DNA from: Octopus sinensis
Taxonomy: Eukaryota
Reading direction: 5' to 3'
Assembly: GCF_006345805.1 (NCBI RefSeq)
Contig: NC_043001.1
Coordinates: 78,182,001 to 78,246,000 of the forward strand
Length of the DNA stretch: 64,000 bases
Of this stretch, positions 39,561 to 53,462 are shown one piece after another (positions within the stretch are counted from its first letter, which is position 1; the number at the start of each line of letters is the position of its first letter). The notes beneath the pieces were generated by a model, which worked only from the letters and a program-made list of their open reading frames with translations, was not told the DNA's origin and ran no database searches. Position numbers and translations under genes: made by a program.

Positions 39561-40360
39561 CGCTAATTTTCTCTCCGTTTTCCCTCCCTAGACATCTAGG
39601 GTCCAATATCGTGTAGCACATAAGTTATAACAATCCCTGAATTAAACACCATGGCAAAACGTCAAATATCTCATCCACTTGATCCAGATTAAAGAGCCTT
39701 TTACGTGGGTGGGTTGTATGGATTCAATGCGGTTTAAGCTCTGATGATATAAAGTCAGTTTGAATATCGATAAGAAAGTACAAAGGCAAGTAAAAATTGA
39801 CCGCAATGGAACATTTATTTCCGTCGCCGAATTCAATACTTCAACTAGTACAAAAAATGGAACTCTGTCAAAAACTTTACATGGTTTCACAAGGTTTCTC
39901 AAAGTTGTATTTAAATGTTAGAAGAAACACAAAACATAGCGTCAAATATTCTGGTTATAAATCTCTCTTTGCTGAAAATGCACATTGGTAAAAGCTGATC
40001 TCATATCGAAGACCAAAGCTCGATCGTAACAAACTCTCCTCCCTATGGTATTAGCGAGAAAATCGTCCATTAAATAGCTGTCTATCACGTTAAGGGGTAG
40101 ACATTCCAAGTAAAACTAAATGGACTGGAATATCAGGTAATGTGCAAAATGGGTATCTAATTGTAAAGAGGCAAAAAGTGGATAGCTAAATGTAAAGAGC
40201 GAAGTTGCTTCTTTTACAAACCAATACCGTAACAGCTTCCGATTCAAGGACCTACAGACCTGTAAATGATCTACGAAGTGTAGATACGGATGTGTTGAAG
40301 GGACGAACATAGTCGTCCGGCATCTACAGACACACAGACACACACACACACACACACATA

Positions 40361-40399
<39 letters not shown>

Positions 40400-41296
40400 G
40401 TCTTGATGAGTTAAGTTCGTTCTACGAGCCTTCAAAATATTAATCTGCGCGGATCTGAGTAAAATCTAATTAAAACAAGGTATATGTATATGTAAATCTC
40501 AACAAAGGCGTTACCTTAGATCGTTTGTCCATTCACTCGAAGATATATCTGTGTATGTGCGCGTGTGTATGTATATATACATGTCTGTGTATGTATGTAT
40601 ACATACAAACATATATATGCATACATACATAAATATATATGTGTATGTGTATGCGTACATACATACGTATATATGTATGTATGCATGTATGTATAATGCT
40701 TGGAACTTCAACTACTAATGTAGTCTTCGCAGTTAAGCCGAGGGTTGCTGATACATCTCCAAGTATGAGAAAATCTCATTTCTTCTCAGGAATGAAATTG
40801 TACTATTCCGACTGCGATGGGTCGAAATGCAATTAAACTCCTGCTGGATTTGAACTCAGGACTTAGGCCTCCAGAAATATGCAGCTAAAATTATGCTTAT
40901 TTTCCTGTTACATACATACATATGTACAAACACACATGTGTGTATGCATATAACATCGATTGTGTATGGAAGCAGAGAAATAGCTTGTTTCTTCGCCTCG
41001 AAAATGACTAGTTAGATCTAAATGTGGTTAATATTATTATATTATAACCTCCACCTATTTAACCCCCAAGATGGTATAAAAATATAAGGGCGAAAGGAGA
41101 AGACATTAAGAGGGAGAGGTGTTAAGTGCGGTCTTGGAATATTGGATATTCGATAGCAAATCCTGCAGCTGACGCGCATTTAATTACCGACGCTGTATAC
41201 ACTTTCTTAGGAGCACAGAATATTAACTTGCTTTTCACGAGTTGTATGCATGTGCGCGTTTGTGTTTATACATACATACATACATACACGTATATA

Positions 41297-41348
<52 letters not shown>

Positions 41349-41400
41349 ATAAGTATATGTATATATGTATATATGTATATATATATATATATATATATAG

Positions 41401-41434
<34 letters not shown>

Positions 41435-43416
41435 ATATGTATCATATTCACGTGTTTCTACTCAATTGTTGTTCTATTACTATGCTGTGTCTTCGTTCAT
41501 CTTCTTTTTACGTATATGTATATATGCTTCTGTGCGCTTAGGATTGTTGGTGTGCAGGCGTAATTGTGATGATAAGAGACAGAATAAGAGTGCTCACACA
41601 TGAGGAAATGTTCGTATCTTTGTGCGTGTCTATACCACTGTGCGTATATGTGTATGTGTGTGTGTGTATGCAATGAGTCTACCCTTATATGATGTTATCC
41701 AGAGCGGTGTTCTGTTTTTTATTGTTTCATTTTGCCTGTCACTCAATCCAGAAATGCGGCAGTGGGTTTTCAAATTTCGACCATCGATGTTTGCTAATCG
41801 CTCCATAAAACGACAGAAAAAGCAACAAAAAACATGTCCTCTATTTTCTCTCTTTTTTATTGATATTCTTTTTTTTAATCTTCGGTTTGAAATTTCAAAT
41901 TGATGAAACTACAATGTTTTCTTAAGCTTAAAATCGATCGAGTTGGTGATGGTGTTGCGGTGGTGCTGATAGGAAATATCGTGTTGAATAAATCTAAAAG
42001 AGAAAATATAACTGAAATTAATACTCGATTCAATATTAAAAAGTATTTTAATTACTATTGGAAACTATAATATTTTATAGTTTATTGTGTTTCTTAGGTT
42101 TCAATTGAAATTCGAACTTGGAATGGTGAATTCGGATTCCATTTTCCACCACCATATTTATTTTATGAAAACATCTCAGTTTTGTAAATTTGGAATGCAA
42201 AAATTTTTTTAAAATGTAAAAGAAAATATAAAGAATATGACAATCATTTTCAGACATTCGCCTATTTAAATAAAACATGGCTAGTGTTTGTATGTGTGCG
42301 CGCTAGTACCGGTGTGTCAGTGTGTCCGTGTGTGTGTGTGTTCACGTGTTTTGTGAAATGCTAACAATGGAAACATTTCTTGAAAGTGCTTTTGGCAACT
42401 GAGTTTGCTGAATTTAGTTTTATTGGTAATGGCGTTCTTGAAATCATTTTGGATATCATTTCAATATTTGCATATAAGCAGCTGATAATACAAACATTTA
42501 TTTATTTCGTTATTACATTTATTTCGCTGTGAAATGGCAGAAACGGAAGAGCGCCGTACGAAACACGAAGCTGTATTTGATTATATCCCTCCACTTTGCA
42601 CGTTCAAATTTAACTTTGTCTTTCATCCTTCCGGGGACAATAAAACAAACATCAATTAAATAATGAAGTAATATTCTTCGACTCTACTAAACCTTACCAA
42701 AAATATTAAAAAGAATAAAATTTAAATCACGAGTCAACGCGGTGTAGAAATGCGTGTTGGACCGAGTTGGTAATAGCGCGATCTCTCTTAAATTATACAT
42801 TAATGTCAATAAAACGAAATTGTATTGTATAACTTTGCCCGAGCTATTATGTCTAAAAATACAAAGGAATCATCACAGTTGAAAAGCATTTAATCATAGA
42901 TCTGCAAGATTAGATCCGATCTTTGAAAACAGTGACGACAATAAAAGTGTGACCGGGTGCTTAAAATATTTAATATCAGTTTACAGCATTGCGTTAAAAT
43001 TAATAGGCGTGGCAGTGCGGTTAAAAGTTTATTTCCCAACCGCATAATTCCCAGTTCGTTTCCTCCGGTGTGACACCTTGGGAAAAATGATTTGTACTAT
43101 AAGCATCACCCCGAGCAAAGCCCTACGCGTGGGTGTGGTCAACGGAACCTTAAACATGCTCGTAGTATATAAATATATATACCCTCTCTTTTACCCTCTT
43201 TTACTCGTTTCAGTCATTTGATTGCGGCCATGCTGGAGCACCGCCTTTTAGTTGAGCAAATCGAACCTAGGACTTATTCTTTCGAACCTAGTACTTATTC
43301 TATCGGTATCTTTTGGCGAACTGCTTCGTTACGGGGACGTAAACACACCACCATCGGTTCTCAAGCGATGTTGGGGGTACAAACACAGACATACACAAAC
43401 ATATACACACGCACAT

Positions 43417-43473
<57 letters not shown>

Positions 43474-45038
43474 TATATATGTAGATTCAGTACTGATTTT
43501 AACATCAGTGATTCATCTTTAAGGTTGCAGAGATGTAGTTTGGAAAGGAGAGCATCATCACTATCTGTGAAGAAGCCTTGAAAACATCGAAAAGAAGTGT
43601 ATTATGTTTTTCTTCTACTTATTGCGTCTAGAGGAACAGAGAGCGCATAGAAACGTTGCAGGTTCTCCTAGAAGAATGAGCTTGAAGCCGTAAATATTCC
43701 ACATAATTTTTTATAGGTCGACATTTATAGGAAAGATTTGAGCACAATTACAGGAAGAGATAGGAAAGACACAAGTGTAATCAGTAACGTGAATTTCGTT
43801 TCTGAAGAGTAGAAGGTGTGATTTGAGGAAAATTTCACTACTCATTCTCGTATGATGAATTACTTGTAAAAGTTCTCTGTCTTTCTTCTTCTCTCTCCTG
43901 TCTGTCTGTCTCTCTCTTCCTTTCCCTCTCCCCCTTCCTTTCACTCTACCCTTTCTCTCTTTCTTTCTCTGTCGCTGTTTCTGTCTCTCTTGCTTTTTAA
44001 TTTTATTTTCTGTATATTCATAAATGTGCAGGAATTTGATTACCGCAGAGGTTCTTTGAATTGATTTTGTGCAAAAATTAACATCTTACACCCTACTTTT
44101 AACAGGACCTGAATGCACTTGCCATGTAACTAACCATCTTTGTGAGAGAAGATTCAACCAAGAAATGACTTTGTAATTATATAGTAGCAATCATTCATAA
44201 AAACATATATATACTAACATCTTCATCTAATTCATTACGCAATCAACCACTTTGTTAGGTTGGTATATAATAATAAAACATGGGATAACGTTTTGGCTCT
44301 TTGGGTAATAACTCTGAAGACTCCAAGTAAATTTCGAGTACATATCAAGCAATATGTGTCAGAGTAGACATCCGTTTTCTAACCTCAACACCGAAGATGT
44401 TTGTTTGAAATGCTACGTATCCCTATGGTTTATAATAATCACCATAAGCTAAAAATCTCTGGAGTATGCTGGATCTCATCTGTTTTAACCTCTACACTAT
44501 TTCCAGCTCTGTCGAGATATGAAACATCATCAGCGACTGCTATTTTGTCAGATTCCTCCATTTATACTCTCCAATAAATTCCAACCACTTTCCCTGGAAT
44601 ATCTCCCCATATAACTTCCATATTGTTTTCGCAAAATTTATACTTGCTTCTATATTTTTATATCATCCATTACATTTTACCACTTTCATCATTTAAACTG
44701 CACACATAACACACGCTAAATTTCACTATATATATATATATATATTTTTCCATGTTTTGCTATCGCCTTTTAACATTTTCTCTTTCATTTTCAATTATAT
44801 ATTTTAGAAATATTTTTAGAAAAAAGAAAGGAAAAATATATTTCACTACGTTTTATTATATTTTTATTATTTCTATTAAACTTTACTGTTTTCTGTCAAA
44901 TCTTTGGCTGCTTTTTCTATTATATAGTTTTAGAGTTCCTTTACTAATTAACAAACGCACATACACATGCAAATACATACGCACACTCACATACATATAT
45001 GTATGCAGTTAAATATAATATATGTTATAATATATATG

Positions 45039-45073
<35 letters not shown>

Positions 45074-45077
45074 TATT

Positions 45078-45108
<31 letters not shown>

Positions 45109-45329
45109 GTATATGTATATATATATATACATGCATACATATATATATATGCGTATATAAGTATGTGCGTATGTATGTAAGAGTATGTTTTATACAAACA
45201 CACACACATATACATACATGCACATATATATGTATATATGTATATATATATGTATACATATATACATATATATATACATATATACATATATATATATATA
45301 CATATATATGACATATATATATGTATATT

Positions 45330-45366
<37 letters not shown>

Positions 45367-46084
45367 ATAATATAACAAACCTCTGTGTGTGTTGATGCTC
45401 GTATAAATTCATTTCTTTGTATGTAACCGCATGTATGTGTCTGTTAATTAATGAAAGAATGGTGTCACTATATAATAGAATTATGAGTTAAAGAAATGAC
45501 AGGACTGCGTACACACTTAAGAATACACAAATGCACACAAGCAAACATACACATAAACATTTAAACACAAACACATACACGCCTACATACACACATATAT
45601 AAAGGAACATAAACCCAGCTAGTATAACTTCAATTCGTGTAACTGACTTGTTTAATCGCTAAGACTGCACAGCCACTGAACAAGGAGTCGGTGCAATGAT
45701 TTTGTGTCTACAAGTCTTGCAGAAACGTTAGATTGATACCGAAGTATACGACATAGGGACGATTTGAGGTATATTGCTATAAGTTTTGGTCAGGGACTTC
45801 GTTATGTTTCTGTGATAAGTAAACGTGTGCCTTTGTTGCATTAAAGTCTGTAACACATTTAGTTACAAAGCGTATATATGATTTTGTTGTTATAAAGAGT
45901 GGTTAATATATAAATTGACAGGGGTATGTAACGAACAGGTACCTTCATATATCAATGCCGATGTATGTGCGTCAGTATATACACGCAAACATATACAGAT
46001 ACACAACACACAAATATGCACATATTCACATTCATGTATACATGTGTGTGCCAGTTATATTTATATATGGCGTCATAAATGTGT

Positions 46085-46121
<37 letters not shown>

Positions 46122-46819
46122 CATACAGAGACACACACACATACATGTGTGTGTTTAAATGTCACTTTACAAATTTTGACAAATATTTATCATGTATTTC
46201 ATCATTTAGTTAAAACTCTATTTGTATTCCTTTATTACATCAACTTTTAATTATAAACTTTTTTCTAACACTTTCTACTAATGCTTTTAAAGCCATACCT
46301 AATTTTTTCGCTTTTTATTGTTTGTTTGAATGTTTAATTTTTGTTTTTATTCTAACACTTTTCTCTTTTACAAACAAACATTCCATATTTTAAAAGTTGA
46401 AAACGCCTAACTGCTAACAGTTCTCTGAAGAAGAAAAATGGCATATAATTAACACCCTTAGCTTGAGGAAAATAAATAAACAAACAAAGACATAAATTTA
46501 TAGTCAAAGATGAAATATTCCACGTAGTAATCATATGAAAACAGCTTTCAACAAATATGACGATGGTTTATAACAGGAAGTGGTAGGGGATGATAATTAA
46601 CCAAAATAAACAAATAAATGCTAAAAGGGGAAAACAGGATTAAGACAGCATGTCAATGGACTGTGGATATGTGCTAATTTAGAGAGAAAAAAGGCAATAT
46701 TTTCCTTCGTATATCTGACATCAAAGCAAACACGCATATCAACATTAATATGGTCCTATTAATGTTATCGCTGTAATGGTGTCTATTTTTCTGTTGTCGA
46801 ACTATATTCATCGCTTAAT

Positions 46820-47255
46820 TTAAAAAACAGAATGAGCTAAGAGAAATAACTGAGAGTTGCCAATGGCGTGTATTTGAATAATATAGACAAATACAGGTAT
46901 ATTAAATAACATACAACGTAAATTCATGATTTATTGCAACTACCTCCGACTTTAGAGGCTGTATCATAATTAACAATTGACAATTAAAACAGCCTCATAA
47001 GAGAAGGGAAATCATTTTAAGATTCAAGACATTTCCAAAGCTGATTTGTCATTAAGGAAACGACAGGGTCATTGTCGGATGATTAACTGTATCGCTTTAT
47101 TTATGGAAAAATGACCGAAGTGAGGCAACTGAAAATGGCCATTGGCATGTATTTCAATAATTCAATGACAGAAACACATAGAGATATATAAAATAAAACA
47201 ATTATCTCCTTCTGTAGAGGATGAGGCATAAATACCAATTAGCAATTAAGGTGAA
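46820..47255. repeat. Old tandem duplication, ~260-280-bp unit, two copies
   Basis: aactgagagttgccaatggcgtgtatttgaataat (46848) matches aactgaaaatggccattggcatgtatttcaataat (47127); caactacctcc..tagagg..cataa..caatt..caattaa (46937) matches 47199. Confidence 0.7.
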
Positions 47256-47559
47256 CTACATATGGGGTTTAATCTAGAATTCTACATAGTCGATATGCCT
47301 TTAAGGAAAAGAACAAACTAATTGTCAGGAAATAAAAGGACAGTCGAGGAAACGTGTTTTTGGATGGGTAGTTGACAGCACGACAAATGTCCGACGGCTG
47401 CTGGTTACATGCTGTTGGACAAGTATGCTTTTCCCATTGTGGTAGATGAATATAAATAGTAGTTTCAATGTCGAACGTCGAAGAGTTTGCCCTGTAAGAA
47501 TTTTAGCCTATATTTTAGACAAGATGAGCTGACAATATCGCAAGCCTCTTGCTTCGGGG

Positions 47560-47950
47560 TTTACCCCAACAGCGTGGCATCTTGGGAGGTGTCCTCTTCT
47601 ATAGCCTTGATCCCATTAATGTCTTGTGAGACGATTTGGTACAATGGAACTGAAAAAAGCCCATCGTGCATATGTATATATACATACATATATATGTGTG
47701 TTTGTGTTTGCTTGTTTGTGTGTGTGTGTATGTGTGTGTATGTGTTTGTGTGTGTTTCTTGTCTGCGTTTGACCATCCCCTGCATGAAAACCGGTGCGGT
47801 AACTGAACGATTCGACAAAAGAGACTGATAAAACAAGCATCGGGCTTTAATAAAATAAGTATTGGGGTCGATACATTCCACTAAAAACTCTTCAAGGCGA
47901 TGCCTCCGCGTGACCGCACTCTAATGACTGAAAGAAGTAGAAGATGAAAG
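47560..47950 (+). mobile_element. SINE, family B (diverged)
   Basis: gtggcatcttgggaggtgtcctcttctatagcc body; cactctaatgactgaaagaag tail. Confidence 0.75.
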
Positions 47951-47969
47951 ATAAATGTTTAAAGAAATC

Positions 47970-48140
47970 GGACAAAACACTTAGCAGCGTTTATTCCATT
48001 TCTTAACGTACTGAGTTCAAATCTCGCCCAGGTCAATTTTGCCAATAATCCCTTCGGGATCGATAAAATAAAGTACCAGACAAGTGCTGTGGAGGATATC
48101 ATCAACTAGTCACCTCACCTCCAATGAAAGTTACTGGTCT
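47970..48140 (+). mobile_element. SINE, family N
   Basis: ctgagttcaaatctcgcc..ccttcgggatcgataaaataaagtaccag core. Confidence 0.75.
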
Positions 48141-49128
48141 TGAACCCTACAACGGACAGGCATTCCGTTCAGACGGAATGTTGTGGTCTCCGTTACATAT
48201 ACGCCATATAAACCGTATAACCAGCTGCATAACTCTCATAACTCAAGGAAAATACTTAAAGAATTTAAAAGAATGGGCCATAATAGAAAAGCCTGTTTGG
48301 CTCAGATTAGAATTAAGATATTGGAATTGTATTTTATACTTAATTTTCCTGACTTGCGTGAAATATCATAACATCGGTTTAATATTTCTTATAAGGTGTA
48401 GCCGTGTGTAGTATGAAGCTTGCTTCCCAATCACATGGTTCTGGTTTCAATCTCACTGCATGGAACATGGGACAAAAGTCCTCTACTATAGTATTGGGCT
48501 CACTAAAGACTTGTGAGTGCATTTGATAGACATTAATTTAGATCAAAGCAATAATAGAAATAATAAACATAGTGGGATGGGCCATCCTAGCAATAATCAA
48601 AATAGAATACATAATGTGAAGAACACCACTAACTATCGAGTGGGAAAAGTTGGAAGGGTTAAAGGTAGAGAGCACGTGCAATTAGAATACAAAAATAGAG
48701 TGCCTAGAACGAAAAAAGCAGAGTACAAGTTTACATGAATTTGAGCCAATTGAAGTACTAAGAGGATTGGATAAAAATGGACCTACCAAGATGTCCTATT
48801 CAGATAGGGAAGGTAGCCAATTCGTAAGCTCTACCATTAGTATTACATAAATAATTAACAAATATAATATCAAACAAACCCAATGTCGAAATAAAGACCA
48901 GGTACAAAATGTTTAGGTAGAAATAGAAATACGCACCCCAATAACATAGATACCTCTAGAAATAGTATTTTTACCATATACACAAAAACACACACACACA
49001 CAGGGCTTTAAATGCAATATATGCAAAACACATACACACAAACACTCCACAAACGCACGTAGTTGAATGGCGATTGACTACTTTGTAGTTCCTCCGCCCA
49101 TTGACGGGTCTTATTTTTTGTTCCGCAG

Positions 49129-49208
49129 GGTGTTCAACAAACATCCACCTCACCAAGCAAGACTGGTGGGTTTGCCAGTTTAGTCGCCGACGACCGACCA
49201 TGCAACAG
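49129..49208 (+). CDS. Candidate penultimate coding exon ([26 protein letters not shown]-)
   Basis: attgac branch-like site, tcttattttttgttccgcag acceptor and CAG|GTTGTA donor. A non-repetitive GC-rich island among (TA)n tracts, open in phase 0. Confidence 0.4.
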
Positions 49209-49279
49209 GTTGTACAGACTGAAGAGCGACATGACATATGTATATATATATATTATAATATATATATATATCTATATAT

Positions 49280-49373
<94 letters not shown>

Positions 49374-49377
49374 TATA

Positions 49378-49433
<56 letters not shown>

Positions 49434-49498
49434 TATACACATATAAATAATACATATATGTATGTACTTATGTATGTATGCGTGTATATTATATATAT

Positions 49499-49700
49499 AG
49501 GTGGCGAGCTGGCAGAACCGTTAGCACGCTGGGCGAAATGCGTAGCTGTATTTCGTCTGTCGTCACGTTCCGAGTTCAAATTTCGCCGAGCGACTTTGCC
49601 TTTCATCCTTTCGGGTCGATAAATTAAGTACCAGTTACACACTGGGGTCGATATAATCGACTTAATCCGTTTCTCTGACCTTGTTTGTCCCGTCTGTGTT
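49499..49700 (+). mobile_element. SINE, family N (well preserved)
   Basis: gtggcgagctggcagaaccgttagcacgctgggcgaaatg...gcctttcatcctttcgggtcgataaattaagtaccag. Confidence 0.9.
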
Positions 49701-49735
49701 TAGCCCCTTGTGGGTAGTAAAGAAATATATATAAT

Positions 49736-49777
<42 letters not shown>

Positions 49778-49849
49778 ACATATATATATACATAGGCATA
49801 TTAACATACATATATGTATGTATGGATATATGTATATGTGTGTGCGTGT

Positions 49850-50055
49850 TTGTGTCTGTGTTGTCCCCCACCACTGCTCGAAAACGGGTGTTGGTGTGGT
49901 TACATTTCCGTAACCTAGCGGTTCGGGCAAGAGGAACGAGAGAATAAGTAATAGGCTTACAGGAATAAGTCCTAATGTCGATTTGTTCAACTAAAACCCT
50001 TCAAGGCGGTTCCCCAGCATAGCCGCAGTCAAATGACTGAAACAAGTAAAAGATA
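49850..50055 (+). mobile_element. SINE, family B 3' half
   Basis: tgtgtctgtgttgtccccca...gccgcagtcaaatgactgaaacaagtaaaag. Confidence 0.8.
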
Positions 50056-51840
50056 AAATATAACATCTGAAAGAAGGGCAGTGCACATAGTTTTCTTGCA
50101 GGCGTGTACACCCAATGCACAACATTAATTAGCTTTAAATTTTGTAGTGTGTCTTGTTACCACACACTTTAACATGTTGAAATGATGCCAAGGTAACGAA
50201 AGAGTCTCTTTCAGGTCGTGTGATGTACTAGAAATAACAGAGGACTTGTCCTGAAATCACTCTCTTACATAACGTTATCTTAGAAATATTCCATCAGAGA
50301 AAAAAATGGAAAACACGTGGTAGTTATAACTTATGATATCCTGTGTCAAAATAGCAACAGCTTCTTGTTCAAAGCAAGCCAAAACGTGAAACTCTATGTG
50401 GTTGATCACCCAGCCTGTTAGAAATAGTAGTCAAATTTCCTCCAAATATTAGCCTAATCTCGTAAAAATTGTGGTGTTCTCTGATAACCAAGATGAGATG
50501 AGAACTAGGTGAATACTCTTTATCATGGGCGTGTTAATTCATCTTTGCATTTTCTATCATTTTGCTTTATTTAAACAAGGCTGGGCTATTTTGAAATCAT
50601 GTGTTGTATAAACATACATTGTTACATATATAATATCGAATGTAGACGCGTGTATAGCTGCGTGGATAAGAAGTTGGCTTTGCAAACACGTTTTCGGGTT
50701 CAGTTCCACAGTGCGACATTTTGGGCAAGTATTTCAATAGCCCCGGAGCGACCACTCCCTTGTGAGTGAATTTCATAGATGGTCACTGTATGGAAACTCG
50801 TCATGCATATAGATGAATATATGTATGTGTGTGTATCTTTGAATTTGTCCCCTTCCACTTCAGCTTGGCAAATAGCCCGTGTTGATTTGTTTAAGTCACT
50901 TTAACTTAGCTATTCAGCAAAATAGCCCCAATAGAATAAGCACCAGACTTTAAAAAATATATCCGTGCTGGGTGCCATTTTTTCAACCAAAACCTTTCAT
51001 GGTCGCTGTTCAATGAGTAAAACAAGTAGAAAAATAAAACATTCCATTTTCAAGATATCTCCTCAAAATCACTTTATGATTTTGTGATATGGATTTGACT
51101 GACAAGGAGGACTAGACTGGAGATTTTTTTTTCTTTTCTACTCATAAATGATCAACTAAAGCTTTCAAATACTTTCTCAATTCTTTGAGAATTGTATAAG
51201 TATTGCAGTGATGGCTGTACTTTAGTAATTTTAGAGGAAGATCTTAAGCAAATCAGAAGTGTGAGAAACTTGTTTAAGTGAAGTTAGTTCAAATCAGAGA
51301 GAGGAGAGAACTAGGTAAAAAGAGAGGGAAAAAGAAATGGATAGAGAATGAAAGAGGGTGGGAGAAAGAGACAGGAAGAGAAAGGGAGAGATAGAGAGAG
51401 AGAGGGAGAAAAGAGAAGGGGGAGAGTGGGAGAGATAGATAGATAGGGGCGCGATAATATTAATTGCAGAAAGGGGATAAAATGAGTGTTTTGAACAATA
51501 AATAAGAATCTTGACCTTTTCAAATCGATAGAAGTTTGAAGAACACTTGGGAGAATTGACATTTGAGAAATATTTTTAAATTATTCAGTCTTACAAATTG
51601 TAGCTTGGAGTCAGATCCCTTGCTCATTATCTAACTGTAAACATAGATTTTATCATGAACTATATCGACACAAGTACAAGTGAAGCAACGATGTATATGC
51701 TACTGATGAGTAACTTAGGAAAGGCAAGTTGAATACCAGCGGGATTTGAACTTGTACAACATTACTGGCTCATCACAAATTTTTATATAGTGAATAGGTA
51801 AAGTGTCGAGCTAGTACCATCGTTAGTACGCCGGGTAAAA

Positions 51841-52136
51841 TTTTTTTGTTCCTTCTCGAGCCACGCCTGGTTCATAAGGGCCGGTTTCCCGGTTTCCTTG
51901 GCGTATAGGTTCCCCACCCGGACGGGACGCCGGTCCGTTGCAGGCGAGCTGCAAGATGCAGGAGGAAAGAGTGAGAGACAGTTGTGGCGAAAGAGTCAGC
52001 AGAAGTTGGCCATTACCTTCTGCCGGAGCTTCGTGGAGTTTAGGTGTTTCGCTCATAAACACACACATCGCCCGGTCTGAGATTCGGACCCGCGATCCCC
52101 CGACCGCTGCTTTAACCACTGGGTCATATGCCTCCA
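51841..52136 (-). mobile_element. SINE, family A, with a 10-bp target-site duplication, nested in a family N SINE
   Basis: CCGGGTAAAA at 51831-51840 and 52137-52146; the host SINE resumes on the right (atacttagtgg...tttcattctttcggagtcgat). Confidence 0.9.
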
Positions 52137-52478
52137 CCGGGTAAAAATACTTAGTGGTTAATTTCGTCTGTCTCTACTTTCTGTGTTCAAATTCCGCCAA
52201 AGTCTACTTTGCATTTCATTCTTTCGGAGTCGATGAGCACTGGGACCGATGTACTTTCTTGAAATTTCTGGACATGTGCCATATTTTGAAACCAGTATAG
52301 TGATTAAGTGTAATACTAGATTATAAGCAATATTGGATTAATAATAACTTTACATACAAACTTTAACGAAAAAAAACAAAAAAACTAATTGCCTCTTTTG
52401 GGATTTGAAAGTAAGATTTGTCGTAATCCTCACTAAATAATGATTTCTAACTTAAGAAGATGTCTAGAAAGCTGAGAA

Positions 52479-52788
52479 CAGTGTTTTCTCAATCAGTTTG
52501 TGGAAATGTAACCCTTTGATTCCTATTTTCCTCTACTGGACTTCCACAGACATTCAATATGTATATAATAAAACATCCTACTGTATTTTTATAATAAATT
52601 ATTACTATTTTATTCGTTTCAGTCACTTTGACTGCAGCCATGCTGGAGCACCGCCTTTAGTCGAACACATCTGGACTTATTCTTTGCAAGCCTAGTACTA
52701 ATCCTATCGGTCTCTTTTGCCGAATCGCTAAGTTACAAAGGCGTAAACACAAGAACATCGGTTGTCAAGTGACGTTGGGGGAATACAT

Positions 52789-52851
<63 letters not shown>

Positions 52852-53121
52852 AGTACCAAATAAACTCACAGAGCTTTAGTCATCTGGAGGCTATATTAGA
52901 AGACACTCGCCTGACATGCCACGCAGTGCGACTGAACCCGGAACCATGTAGTTGGTAAGCAAGCTACTAACCACACAGTCACACCTGCGCCTATTATTAG
53001 GAATACTATAAAAAATATAAATATTTTAAGTATTGTAGATGTAAAAAGCAATGTATTGTACATACATTTTAACAAATAAAACTTATGTAGACCCTGTATG
53101 GACCCCTGTTGAGAACCACTG
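52479..53121. mobile_element. hAT-type MITE interrupted by a family B SINE (52605-52995, minus)
   Basis: Termini cagtgttttctcaa and ttgagaaccactg, with subterminal ggacccc typical of CAGTGGTTCTCAAC-type hAT MITEs. The 8-bp flanks match only partly. Confidence 0.6.
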
Positions 53122-53164
53122 ATTTAGAAGGAGTTATTTATGAAATAAATTGACCTAAGTATAG

Positions 53165-53462
53165 TATTAGAGGTTGGAAGCATAAGGCCTAATGGCTAGC
53201 GCAGCGGGTTCGCGGTCGAGGGATCGTGGATTGTAGTCCCAGGCTGGCCGATGTGTGTTTTTGAGCGAAACTCCTAAACTCCACGCGGCTCCGGCAATGG
53301 CGAACTTCCTCTGACACTTTCACCACAACTTTCTCTCACTCTTTCCTCCTGCATCTAGCATCTCATCTGCGACGGACCGGCGTCCTTTCCTGGTGAGGAA
53401 CCTATATGCCAATAAAACCGGCCCTTATGAGCCAGGCATGTCTGGAGAAGGAACAAACAACA
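53165..53462 (+). mobile_element. SINE, family A
   Basis: Homologous to 51841-52136 and 5282-5598; ends gaaggaacaaacaacaaca. Confidence 0.85.
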
